Shown piece after piece: positions 43,097 to 54,426 of a DNA stretch of 64,000 nucleotides. Origin of the DNA: Epithemia pelagica (lineage: Eukaryota > Protista > Bacillariophyta); assembly GCA_946965045.2 (NCBI GenBank), contig OX337237.1, positions 2,976,001 through 3,040,000 of the forward strand, read 5' to 3'. Position numbers and translations under genes: made by a program. Position 1 is the stretch's first letter, and the number at the start of each line of letters is the position of its first letter. The notes under the pieces are model-generated. The model worked only from the letters and a program-made list of their open reading frames with translations, was not told the DNA's origin and did no database searches.

Positions 43097-44239
43097 GGTG
43101 TCGGAACGTTGCAAACGACAAGCAAGCATAAGAGAGAGGCAAACAGTTTTGGGTTGTGGGGATTCGACAAACCCTCGGTTCTCTCCTCTCGTGTTTTGAA
43201 TTTTGTGGAAACAATCGAAAAATGGTAGTCAGGATCGATCCTCTCCAACAAAACACACAATTGTATTGGGCCAACGAATCCACAAGAATGAGTACCAGAA
43301 TGAGAGTTCGTTTCAAGTTTCTTACTCCAAAGGGCCCGATGTCAGCCCTATGTAACCAATCAAGAGACGCGTTGGGACGATTATTGTTGGGAGTAAACAC
43401 ATTTTTGCATTTTGGAAAAAGAGGAAAGAGGGTTCTTACTTCTCGTGTTAGATCCAATAATGGAACATGCTCCCACATAACACCACTTTGATCCTGTCAA
43501 GACGTACTGTCATTCAAATAGTACATGCGACACGTATGAGGGCCTACCAGAGATCAAGACCAACAGCATATATGCCCCAGGGTTCTTACTTCTCGTGTTA
43601 GATCCAATAATGGAACATGCTCCCACATAACACCACAAGGATAGTCATTTCAACGAGCAAACAGACAGTGTGTGGTGTGAGGGCCTACCGCTACCGTCGA
43701 TCAAGACCAACACTATATATGCTCAATCCGTTGAAGGAGTGGTACGATTCGAAATTATTGTCTGTGGTAATGAATTTCGTTGTGCCAAGTCGTTGTGGTC
43801 ATTGGTCATTGGTCCGAGTCACAGTCATTATTCGTGAATTTGGGGATCGAGAGAGTCATTGCTGTTGAGGTGATGCAAAACGACGCCACATAATATAAAC
43901 AATAGAGATAGAGGGTCGTGGGCGTCTTTGTGTGATTCTCGTTGTGGTTCTTGTTTCTTGTTGTGCTAGTCCCCCAAATGACTCGGGCCAATGACCTCAA
44001 TGACCACAACGAATTGGCCCAAAGCTCTCCTGTACCAGTGACAATAATTTCGAACGAAATCCAATTATCAGACATTCCTTCAACGGATGGGGCATATATG
44101 CTGTTGGTCTTGATCTCTGGTAGGCCCTCATACGCATCGTTTTCCTCTCTCTTTCTCGTTCTGCCACAAAATTCAGAAAACCAATCCCCAAGCAACTGGT
44201 TGCCTCTCTTGCTCTCGTCTTTGGCAACGTTTCGACACC

Positions 44240-44682
44240 ATGAAGTCTCCTCCTCCTCCTCCTCCTCCTCGTTCGTCCGTTTGTCTTTGTCGCCCTCGAG
44301 GTTGAACAGTGTTGCTGCTTGGTTGGTCCTGGTGCTATTCTCTTGGACCACCGCCGACACTACTCTAATGGTGGTACAAGCACAAGGTGTCAAGTACATG
44401 TTGAGGCAACGAGTCAAGCTCCCAATGGAGGATGCACCGTTGGATGACTTGCCTACTGTCGACACTTTGTCGTCCAAAGTACGAGATCTCAAAGTACCCA
44501 AGAGCCCCAAAACTCCAAAGAGTCCAAAAACTCCAAAGAGTCCAAAAACTCCAAAGAGTCCAAAAACTCCAAAGAGCCCAAAAACTCCAAAGAGTCCAAA
44601 AACTCCAAAGAGCCCAAAAACTCCAAAGAGCCCCTAAACTCCAAAGAGCCCCAAAACTCCAAAGAGCCCCAAAAGAAACTGA
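44240..44682 (+). pseudogene. Secreted (SPKTPK)n protein B2 with a -1 frameshift (about 44276) and TAA in repeat unit 8 (44635-44637)
   Basis: tcgtccgt here versus tcgtgccgt in B1. Nine 18-bp units. The ORF track recovers it only from an upstream non-ATG start at 43942. Confidence 0.7.
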
Positions 44683-47600
44683 TACTCAATAAGGTTGGCC
44701 ATTCATGGACAATGGTCGGCAAACACGGTAAACACACAACGCGACTCCAAAAGAGAACAGCAGAGTGGTGTTCCTCTCGTCGCAGATCAGCCCGTTACTC
44801 TAGAGGAGGTCTCCATTGTCATTGTTGTCATCAGTTTCGTGATATTTCCGTAGTATGGTGTGAATCGCAGCAACCTCCACAGCATTTACTTTTTTTTTCT
44901 CTCTCTCTTTCTCGAAGCTCCAGCTAGTAGATTGTATTTGTACATATTGTCGCTGGAGCAGCAGCGACCGGGACTCTATTTCCAAAAGTAACGTATAATG
45001 TGTTATATCCTTGTCAAAGGACACTTGGATCGACGCAGACATTCCAGCAACAACTAACAAGAACCTATTGGAATAGGTAGTAGATAGAGGTACTCCAAGC
45101 TAGATGAGAAAGAGAAGAATATCATAGTAGTTCGAGAGCAGAGACAACAGACTATGAATGCTCTGCTGTGCTGCCCATCTGTATAAATCTCTCCATCTTT
45201 CGACCTCTCTATCAATCTGTCCAAGGAGTCTCCGACAACCACCGACAAGAAGAGAGAGGATATATCCAATCAGCAATAACAACGAGAGAATCCATCCATC
45301 CATCCAATGATGGGATTTGTACAGGGGTGCTGCTGTTCCAGGACGACATGAGCATTCCCTTTGATTCTTGTGGTGTGTGTTTCGTGTATGGCTGTCATTT
45401 TGTGACGCTCTCCGTTTTGGTAGAACTCTCTAGGTAGATCGCACTCTACTCGGATCCCTAGGCTATTCCAACCAAGCAACCAGCCAACCTACTACTATAC
45501 GAAGGGTCCGTGGTTCGGGAAACAAACGATCTACTAGAAGGGGATGCCACAACAAAACAAAACACCATTCTCGTGACATTTTGCTGCTGCTTCACCACCC
45601 CGCAGTCTGTTGTTGTTGTTGTGACACACGACGAGAGCAGAGAACAAGACACATTCACACACAAACACATGACCAACAAGCAAACGGAAAACGAAAACGA
45701 GCAATGGCGAGTGGGCGAGCACATGAACAAACAAACCAACAAACGAGCACGGACGAGTGCATGTGAAGGAGGGGGCAAACAGTACCAGCAAACACAGGAC
45801 TGGAATGGAGACTCGTAAGCCGCCACAAAACTAGTACTCCAATCGTGGTCACCAAGGTCGCATGTCGGAACAACGCACTCTTGTGCCATGGAACGTACGA
45901 CGACTCGTGGGTGAGAGCCAACCGACCAACCAACCACAACAACATGAAGTAAAAAAGGATCCCGATGCTGTCAAACCCGTTCCAAACAACGAAGAAGACC
46001 AAGACCCCAATGAGAGCAGACTGCCCAACAACACAAAAGGGCGCCGGGGACCCGTCTCATGTCCCACGGATTGTTACTCTTTGTTCTGGAGCATTCTTGG
46101 TTGTTGTGGGAACGCACACGCCACAACGCGGTCCCTTTTTCACGTATTGTAGTAAAATATGGTGTGCGTCAATTTTTGTTTACGGGACGGGCTGAATGTG
46201 AGAGCAGTTTCGGATCCTTCTCACATGTCGGGTGAGTTCTCGTTCCACACACCAATCATGATTGTTGTGTTGAGTGGAAAGGTGATGCCAAACAATCTCC
46301 GATTTCCACGAAAGACGATTTGGTCCGTCACTCGTCACTCTCCATCTATTCTCTATAATAGTGTTGTCGTCGTTGTTGGCGTCATTGTGTTTTTCCGTTG
46401 TGGTGGCCGAGGTGTACCTCTTGTCGTTTGTTGTTGTTGTTGTTGTTGTTGTCGAACGTGAGACGACGTAAACAAGGATCCGAAAACGCTCCGGCATCCA
46501 GTGTCTGTCCCGCAAACAAACAAAAACTCACACAACGCCCCATACTACTACGAGAAACGGGAACCCTCCGTGACGTTGGCGTTCCCACAACCAGCAAGAA
46601 TCCACACAAAGTACGTGTGACCCCTCGACACGAGACGGGTCCCGCCCCCGGCGGACCCACGGGAATGCACATTCGGTTTGGCAGTTCTCGTTGTGGTCAT
46701 GGTCTTCTTCTTCTTCTTCTTCTTGGTTTGGTGCACGAAATCAACGGGTTTGACAGCATCTGGATCCTTTTTTACTTTTCGTTGGTTGTTGCTGGTTTGT
46801 TGGTTGGCTCTCGCCCACAAGTCGTCGAAAACGTTTCATGGCAACCGAGTACGTTCCGACTTGAGACCTCCTTTGTGACCAAGATCATTGGAGTCCTTTT
46901 TTGTGGTGGATGAAACGAGTTTTCAGCTTGGTCCAGTGGTTGCTAGTATACTGTTGGTCCCCTCCTTCACACACATGTGCCCGTTCTTTCTTGCCGGTTG
47001 GTTGGTTGGTTGGTCATTTGCTCGCCCGCTCGAAATTGTTTGTGTTCGGTTTCGGTTTCGTTTTGTTCGTCGGTCCTGTGTGCTTTTTGGTGTGTGTGTG
47101 TGTGTGTGTGTGGGAATGTGTGCGTGTAGGTGTGTTCTCTCTTGTTATCGTGTGTCACAGCAACAACAACAACAACAACAACCGACTACAGAGACGACGA
47201 CTATTAGTACGGAGAGAGAGTCTCCCGCATTGCCAGCACACGAACCACATCTCACCAGCATTGAGAGAATGCTCCTGTCCTGGTAGAGTGGCGTCGTATT
47301 CCTATGCGTACTGAGGAAGCCACCGCAGCATCCCTGTCCCAAATCTCTCAAACGAGGATGGAGGAGGAAACGGTTGGATTCTCTGGTTGCGGTTGTTGTT
47401 GTTGTTGTTGGTGGTGGTGGTTGGATCTAGTATAGATCTTCTCTCGTGTCCCTGGAACGAGCCCTATCATAGTATAGCAGAGGTTGTCACTGCTCTGAAA
47501 CGAGGATGATAAGGTTAGTATAGAGTCTTGCATGGACGTCTTGTCTGTTGCATGGACTCCTAGCTCTACTAGCGAGCTTGAGAAGTAGGAGTATTGTAGG

Positions 47601-48065
47601 AGTACCCTCGACACCCCCTATCTTGGCGGAGTAGGTACTCCTCTCCATAGCTAGTAGAGGTATTATTATTTGCCCCTAGATAGAGCGTTTGGCGCGCGCC
47701 CATTTTGCGCTTTGCGGGCGCGGCATCCAAGCGCGCACGCCTCTGCGGTTCCGAGACACCATGAGAGACTGAGAGTGCATCCACATTTTTTTGACCACAC
47801 CAGCAAGAGACAACACACACTCTATATAGAATCAATAGAGAATCGAACGAGTCCTCCCTCTGGTATTGAGTGTGTGTGTGTGTGTGTTTCTCTCGAGAGA
47901 GAGAGAGACTGGAACCAACGAGAGACCAAGACGTTTGGTGGTTTGGTCTACCTCGTCGTCTTTTGTTTCGTACGGCGTCCAAGCCAAAGCAAACAACCGA
48001 AACCAGTCGCCACCCCACGACACTCTCCTCCTCCTCCTCCTCCGTATCATACCGCACCAATCAGA

Positions 48066-50450
48066 ATGGTTCCTCGTCGTCGTACGACAATCTCGCACGA
48101 ACCAACAACCACAACAGCGACAAGTCGTCACGACAGTGGCACGGCTGGACCCAACCTCCCCATTGGTTCGTCGTCGTTGTCGTCGTCGTTGTCGGCGTCG
48201 GCTTGTTCTCGCTGGTGGAATGCACAAATGACTCGACGCTCGACGAAACGACGAATTCCACTGGTCATGGCCTGGATGGCCTTGGTGGTGGTGTGTGGAA
48301 TTCAATGGTACGGGGTGACACAAGTCGTATGGTTCCTGGAGAATGATACGACAACTAGTAGTACGACGACGACGCTTGTTCGGCCCAGGCCCCGTTCCAA
48401 GCAACCGCGTTCGGGGACCCGCAGCGCTGTCGTCATGTCTCGTGCTCCACCCCGCTCACAACCACACTCCTCCTCCTCCTCCTTGGACTCCTTGGACAAG
48501 AAGGACCAACGACAAGCTTGGCACGAGTACAATTCTCATACTTTTCATCATCCTATGGCAGGCCTCCTTGCCAACAACCACAACACCAACCACACGACAC
48601 GAATTCGTCTCGTCTATTGGAATGGACGAGAAGAATCGGGGTTTGACGACCCATCAGAGGAATCCTCCTCGACCCGTTCACTACCAGGGTCCAACGACTG
48701 GTCCATCTGGGAATCCTTGTCACAACTCGTGTCACAGGACGTGACGGTCGAACGGGGAGGTTCGACAAGGACAACAACTACAAGCAGTCTCCACCACTTG
48801 CCATCGTCCGGGAATCGTAGTACCACCACCACCACGACCATGACGATTCATGTCGTGGATTGGGCCTCGTATCGATCCACCTGCCAAGCCTGGCAAGCGC
48901 CTCTGGTGGACGCACAAAACGAGGACTCGACGACAAACGGCAATCACACGCAAGTGTGGATCATGTGGGATACGTCCGTCGTGTGGCATGACCTGATGCG
49001 TCGAACCCAGTGGTGTCGGGGACTTGGAAGAGGACCGGTCCGGACGCTCCTCGTCCATCAAGCCATGGTCCGTCAACGACATTGGAATCCCCGCCGCCAA
49101 TGGGTTGAACCGGGCACCATGGTTGTGGTGCCGCCTTCTAAGTCTACGACTGTGGTACCCACCCAACGCCACATTACCCAAAGCACTACAAAACATACAG
49201 ACGCCACGTCGGCTTCTGGGACCCCTACTTCGAGTAGTACTGCTGCTGCTCCGGCCGTTCACTCCGTCTATGCACCTCCCGTGGTTTCCGATGTCTGCTT
49301 GGCGCAGCAATGGCACCATCTCTGGGATCTTCCGGACAATCACAAAAACAACAAGAACGACCACAATCGTCACCCCACGAAACCGCTCAACGACGACACG
49401 TTCAAGGAATTGGCCACGCGGATTGTCACTCGACCGCGGCCCATGGACATCTTGTTTTTGGTACCCGTGTGGACGACCACTGATGTCACCGACAATCATA
49501 ACAATCACAACAAGCATCCACAGCAACAAGACCCATTGATGGAGTGGGACACGAGTCGTCCCTGGACGACCAATGCATCCTTGTCCGTCCGCCAGACTCC
49601 GTATTCCTCCCTGCGACGTCATGTGGGCCACGCCTTGGCCTTGCAATCGCAGTGGCGTGTCGAGGTGGCGTGGACACGGGCCGACCTTCCACCCTACCAC
49701 GTGGCCCGGACCGAACCCTACGGTTATCGTCATGCGGGAACCCACCACCACAACAGTTCCAGTAAGGTGGAGGAACCCACGGAACCTCAGACTCCTGCTG
49801 CAGTATCCTCGTGTGGGTGTCCCATGCATCCCATGCTGGACGCGAAACTGGTGGTCGTTGTGCAAGCCGATGAATGGGAGGGAGCGCCGTGTTTGTGGGA
49901 AGCCCTGGCGAGTGGGGCTATCGTGGTGACGGATGCCATGCAACATCCACCCTACGGAATCGAAAATGGCACGACCGTGTCCACCTTTGATTCCATGGTC
50001 AGTTTGGAGCGACTCTTGCAGTATTGGTTGACCAACACGACGGGTGTGGAACACAAAGAAGACGACAAGGACAATCACCACGACCAACCGCAAGACTGGC
50101 GGCGACGACAACGACGACACGTCATGACGCGCCAGGCATTGGAATTGGTCTGGCACCAGCATCGACCGATTCATCGATTGGAACAAGTCTTGTGGGGACA
50201 GACCCGGTCCAGTCCTACCGCAGTCCCCCTCCCATCCCTCACCACCACCATCAGTACCATCCATGATCCTGCGAAACAACGGACAACTACCACCCAATTG
50301 GTCCACAAGAAGAAGGACGACGGGCATTCCAAACACCACCACCACCGCCATCACCACCACCACACCTCCCAGAATCACCATCATCACCACCACCACCACA
50401 ATTCTGGAAGCAACCAAGGAACAATTGCCAAGGACCGCGAGACAGACTGA
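48066..50450 (+). CDS. Type II membrane glycosyltransferase, GT-B/Glyco_trans_1_2 (CgeB/YkvP-like) C-terminal domain, His-rich tail
   Basis: TM at LVMAWMALVVVCGIQW. C-terminal KLVVVVQADEWEGAPCLWEALASGAIVVTD..F.SM..L..LLQYWL. The ORF is open from 47670, but that extension is microsatellite-derived. Confidence 0.7.
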   Translation: MVPRRRTTISHEPTTTTATSRHDSGTAGPNLPIGSSSLSSSLSASACSRWWNAQMTRRSTKRRIPLVMAWMALVVVCGIQWYGVTQVVWFLENDTTTSSTTTTLVRPRPRSKQPRSGTRSAVVMSRAPPRSQPHSSSSSLDSLDKKDQRQAWHEYNSHTFHHPMAGLLANNHNTNHTTRIRLVYWNGREESGFDDPSEESSSTRSLPGSNDWSIWESLSQLVSQDVTVERGGSTRTTTTSSLHHLPSSGNRSTTTTTTMTIHVVDWASYRSTCQAWQAPLVDAQNEDSTTNGNHTQVWIMWDTSVVWHDLMRRTQWCRGLGRGPVRTLLVHQAMVRQRHWNPRRQWVEPGTMVVVPPSKSTTVVPTQRHITQSTTKHTDATSASGTPTSSSTAAAPAVHSVYAPPVVSDVCLAQQWHHLWDLPDNHKNNKNDHNRHPTKPLNDDTFKELATRIVTRPRPMDILFLVPVWTTTDVTDNHNNHNKHPQQQDPLMEWDTSRPWTTNASLSVRQTPYSSLRRHVGHALALQSQWRVEVAWTRADLPPYHVARTEPYGYRHAGTHHHNSSSKVEEPTEPQTPAAVSSCGCPMHPMLDAKLVVVVQADEWEGAPCLWEALASGAIVVTDAMQHPPYGIENGTTVSTFDSMVSLERLLQYWLTNTTGVEHKEDDKDNHHDQPQDWRRRQRRHVMTRQALELVWHQHRPIHRLEQVLWGQTRSSPTAVPLPSLTTTISTIHDPAKQRTTTTQLVHKKKDDGHSKHHHHRHHHHHTSQNHHHHHHHHNSGSNQGTIAKDRETD

Positions 50451-50829
50451 CGAATACAAAGGAAGCTTGTTCTGGAGGAGCTGAACCGAATGGTGGGGTA
50501 TCTAAAGTCGTGCGATTCGAATGAGAAAGGGCGCTGACAAACAAAAGTGGTGGTTTGTTCTATTATAGGATTGTATGATTCTCGTTGGACAATTGCTCTC
50601 TACCGACATTAGTGACTGATGTATCAATCTACCGGTAGAACGTGTGCCACCATTTGGATTCCCCCATACCCGATCGATTTCCGTCAACGATTTGGAACTC
50701 AAACGCATCTTTCCAGCACGCGCAAGCACTCGATTCTTGGACACAACCAAGGCATCCATCCAGCGCTCGATTCGTTTCACATTCTACGTCAATGTCCTTG
50801 CGATTCCTTTCTTGTTGTTGTAGTTGTTG

Positions 50830-52359
50830 TTAATAAATTACCATGCATCGGACTTCAATACTTTTGCGTTCCACACTGGGTATTGTGGTGGATTTGTCGT
50901 CATTTTTTGGCAATTCAAAGGCGGAATGTAAGGAAAATGTGGAAATGTAGTCTTGTTGTTGTTCCGTGTCGTCGGTAGTGTCGTCGTTTGATGTTTGGGA
51001 GGTTTCGAGTTGTGCGACGTCGGTGCCATGAGAATCCCATTGTTTGATGATCAGGACTTCGTCATGCACCATGTGCGACCAATACATCCACACATGACCA
51101 TCCTCCTGGTTTGTGGGTTGAGGATCATTTTGTTTCGCATCATTCGTTTCGTTGCCGCTGTTGCGGGGTTCCTTGTCCTTGATTTGGCGAGGAAGGGTGC
51201 CCAAGTAATTTTCTCCAATCCGATCGGCATAGTGAATTTGCAAGGTTCGCAAATCGGTCGTGGGCGATACGGTTCGGGCATCCACACAAGCCAAGGGAAA
51301 GGCTTGAACGGGAGCCTCGCGATCCAAACTCCGCCACACATTGACAATGGCAAAGCGACGTCGTCGTCGTTGTTGTTGATCCTTGTCGTCGGTTTCCCCA
51401 TTCAAGACTTGACGTACCAACTCGGGCGAAAACAGACCCTCTGACTGTTCTTCTCCATCCTGTTCTGGTCCATTGTGGTTGTTTTTGTCGTTCCTCCAGA
51501 CATCATTGAGTTTGGGAGGTTGCGACAAATCGTGCAATCGTTTCGGGGCCGACACGACGGTATAATCTCCATGCACCAATTGCAAGGCTGGTTGGACCTT
51601 GCTCGGTCCACTGTTTTTCAAGTGCGGCACTGGCACAGTATCATTCGTGGATTTCCATCGCACATTGTGATCAAAGGCGCGCACCAGCATGGAATCCCGG
51701 TGAGAATGATGGTCGGATTCCAACAAGATGGATCGAACCAAGGCTTCGCAGTGCGGATAATACCGATCCACCACGTCACGACGATCCAAAAAGTCAATGA
51801 GGCTGTCGTCGTCTTGGAGCGGACTGGATCGCAATTCCACCCCGTGTCGATGCAAGGTGGGAATATCGCTATTGGTCGAGTGTCGCATGTCGTGAATCCG
51901 GACGAAAACATCCATCCATTGGATATCATCCGTAGTGTTGTTGTTGTCGTTGTGGGTTGCTTGTTGGTCATCGCCCGCCGCATTCCGTCCAATATGAGCG
52001 ACCGTCGTGTCGGGATGCACATAGCGCATCGTGGCATTAACCACTGCAGGGGGATGGTCATCGTCGTCCGTCATTCCTTGGTGCATGCCAAAAAGAGGAG
52101 CAGTGGTTCTTTGTTTGTTGGACGAGTGGCACTGGCTTGGTAATGGTGTCGGGCGTTGCCAGAAGGCGGTCGATACTACGCCAAACGAGAGATGCTGCTT
52201 CGAACAACAACCGGAGGAGAAGCAAGAAACCGAGTGCGAGGCGCCGAGCGTTGCAGTGGTTCGGCTACTGGTGAATGCCACTACAAAGGTTGAAACACGG
52301 CAAGCTGAAAAAAGAAGAAGAAGAAGAATCCACACTCGTACGGGCCTCCTTGTTGCCAT
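50830..52359 (-). CDS. CmcJ/NvfI/AsaB-like (GA4 desaturase family) putative Fe/2OG oxidoreductase with a bipartite presequence
   Basis: AFDHNVR, VHGDYT, FAIVNVWRSL, PLACVDARTV, DEVLIIKQWDS, HSAFEL and RKSIEVRCMVIY. Start MATRR with signal peptide ending VVA-FTS. Confidence 0.8.
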   Translation of the reverse strand: MATRRPVRVWILLLLLFSACRVSTFVVAFTSSRTTATLGASHSVSCFSSGCCSKQHLSFGVVSTAFWQRPTPLPSQCHSSNKQRTTAPLFGMHQGMTDDDDHPPAVVNATMRYVHPDTTVAHIGRNAAGDDQQATHNDNNNTTDDIQWMDVFVRIHDMRHSTNSDIPTLHRHGVELRSSPLQDDDSLIDFLDRRDVVDRYYPHCEALVRSILLESDHHSHRDSMLVRAFDHNVRWKSTNDTVPVPHLKNSGPSKVQPALQLVHGDYTVVSAPKRLHDLSQPPKLNDVWRNDKNNHNGPEQDGEEQSEGLFSPELVRQVLNGETDDKDQQQRRRRRFAIVNVWRSLDREAPVQAFPLACVDARTVSPTTDLRTLQIHYADRIGENYLGTLPRQIKDKEPRNSGNETNDAKQNDPQPTNQEDGHVWMYWSHMVHDEVLIIKQWDSHGTDVAQLETSQTSNDDTTDDTEQQQDYISTFSLHSAFELPKNDDKSTTIPSVERKSIEVRCMVIY

Positions 52360-52386
52360 GGTGCAACCAATAGTTGTCTCAAGTCT

Positions 52387-52538
52387 CATGGTGGCCGCCC
52401 TCTGCAGACGCGACTCAATGTCTTGTCGATCGCACCAAAGTCCTTTAAGGGTCGCGCATATGCATGGTGGCCGCCCTCTGCAGACGCGACTCAATGTCTT
52501 GTCGATCGCACCAAAGTCCTTTAAGGGTCGCGCATATG
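52387..52538. repeat. Perfect 76-bp tandem duplication
   Basis: catggtggccgccc...gtcgcgcatatg occurs at 52387-52462 and 52463-52538. Confidence 0.9.
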
Positions 52539-52624
52539 CAGATTTGTAGTCTATCCATCGCAGTTTTGCCCTCTCTAGGAGTATCTCTTTGGAGCGAAAG
52601 ATAGCTCTTCCCGAGTGTGGTTTT

Positions 52625-53225
52625 TGGACATGGTAGAATGTCGAAATGGAACACTCTTGCGGTGGCTCTGTTGCTGTCACCAATCCGAATGAATATGACA
52701 AGACGTCAATGCCATGACACGTGCGTACTCGTACGAGGATTCTAGCAACACGGATTTGGGTGCGCGCGGATTGTGCAGTGATTCGGAACAACCTCCTAGC
52801 TCTAGCTAGTCTTGAAGTGGTACGTTCCGGAACGCCCACTTGGTTGGTCAGGAATACGAATGTCATTCCGTCGTCTCTCTCCCCTTGTATGTGTGAATGT
52901 GGTTTGTTGGACATGGTAGAGTCGAACTACCTAGTGATGGAACACTCGGTGGCTTTGTTGCTTATGGCCGTCACCAATCCGAATGAATAGGACAAAAGAC
53001 GTCAATGCCATGACAAGTACGTACGAGGATTACTGCAATACGGAATGCCAATGGATGCGACAAGTTTTGCTTCTTGAGAAGACACTGGATGGATTCTGAC
53101 TACACTACTTTTTTTCTTTTGCCTGCTGCCGTCATGGATTCTGGGGCCCGCTGACAACCTCCTAAAAGTAATAGGAGTACTACAATAGCTATTAGTTTGA
53201 GGTACGTTCCGGAACGCCCACCCCA
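52625..53225. repeat. Degenerate direct repeats (~130 bp plus a 25-bp motif)
   Basis: ggacatggtaga..gtcaccaatccgaatgaata..gacgtcaatgccatgaca at about 52628 and 52910; ggtacgttccggaacgcccac at about 52818 and 53201. Confidence 0.7.
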
Positions 53226-54349
53226 GTCGTCGTCATGGGTGATTCGCCTTTTGCGAGAAAAAAGAGGGACAGGGCAGTCAGCCTGGATCATCTCTGCGTG
53301 TGTACAGGCACGTTGCTTTCTTGTCCATTCCTGAGAGGAATGAGGATCCATGAGAAATTAATGTTGTTGTTTCCTGTTCCATCACGGACTGAAGCGTCAT
53401 CCAAGACGACGAGCAGAGGAGACATCCGTTGTGGTACAGCCTTCCACGATCATCCCTCGAGAGGATGGATCATGGATAACTTTTCCTTTTCTAAAAGGAT
53501 GCACTCCCATTCTCTCTTTTGGCTTTCTGCGGCTGGTTCATCCTATTCTTGCCTTCGACGCCATTCCAGTTTGAACCAAAGGGGAGGAGCGCCATCCAAG
53601 ACGAACAGCCAGAGGAGAGAGATGCTTTTGTCGTACAGGCTTCCACGATAAGATACCTCGAGACGATGGATCATGGATAACCCTTTTCTCAAAGGATCCC
53701 ATTCTCTCTTTTGGCTTTCTGCGGCTGGTTCTTCATCCAATTCTTGCCTTCGACGCCATCCAAAGGCGACGGGGAGGAATAGCAATGACACGCCCTAGAG
53801 TCCTCTGTATAAAAGTGTATGAGTAACAGCAACAAAGGACAGTCGTCGACGCTCACGTTTGTAGTGTATGCGATTGCAAATTGCGAACTTTCCCGCTTTT
53901 TCGTCGAGACGCAGAGGACGCAGCATTTTCCAGTTTCCGGCATGGCTTCTTTCTCGGGAGACGACAGTCGCTTTCCCAAAAAGTCGTTTTCTCCGACTGT
54001 TCCACAACCATCAAAACACAACAAGAAGAAGACGAACGCAAAGGAGACATACAACATAACCCGCACAGAGAGAAATTTCCGAAAGGACTCCATTGTCAAC
54101 CACGGATTTTGTCCAAACCCATGGTCCCTGACACACTGACATTGAATACTATCGCAAAGAAGGGAGAAAGAAGCAGCAGAAGAAGACGCCAAACTCCAAA
54201 CTCTACATCGGAAATCAGAAGGCATCATACGAATACGACATTGACGTCGTTCCACGTTCCGACGTTTCATGGTCCACGTAAACTTACCAGTGATGCTTCC
54301 GAATGGTGATGTCATTGGAAACCTTTGAGCCTCTCCAACAACCATCAGA

Positions 54350-54426
54350 TGAACGAGACGGAAACGGTGGAATGCACTGTGACGATCCGCGACATGGATA
54401 GAGCTCTTGCCGCCATGTTCCCTTAA
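54350..54426 (+). pseudogene. 3' remnant (last ~25 codons) of the small secreted-protein gene
   Basis: gaacgag(a/g)cggaaacggtggaatgcactgtg...ttcccttaa matches 56912-56987. Confidence 0.8.

Larger units (their letters stand above)
42273..48840. repeat. Tandem segmental duplication, copy 2 (no Copia insertion)
   Basis: Collinear with 28877-42272. Carries the empty LTR target site and continues into the intact glycosyltransferase gene. Confidence 0.9.

Noticed and set aside
47670-48065. N-terminal extension of the 926-aa ORF (likewise 52360-52914 and 24271-24500)
   Set aside because: These read through microsatellites or local duplications; better starts with targeting signals lie downstream.
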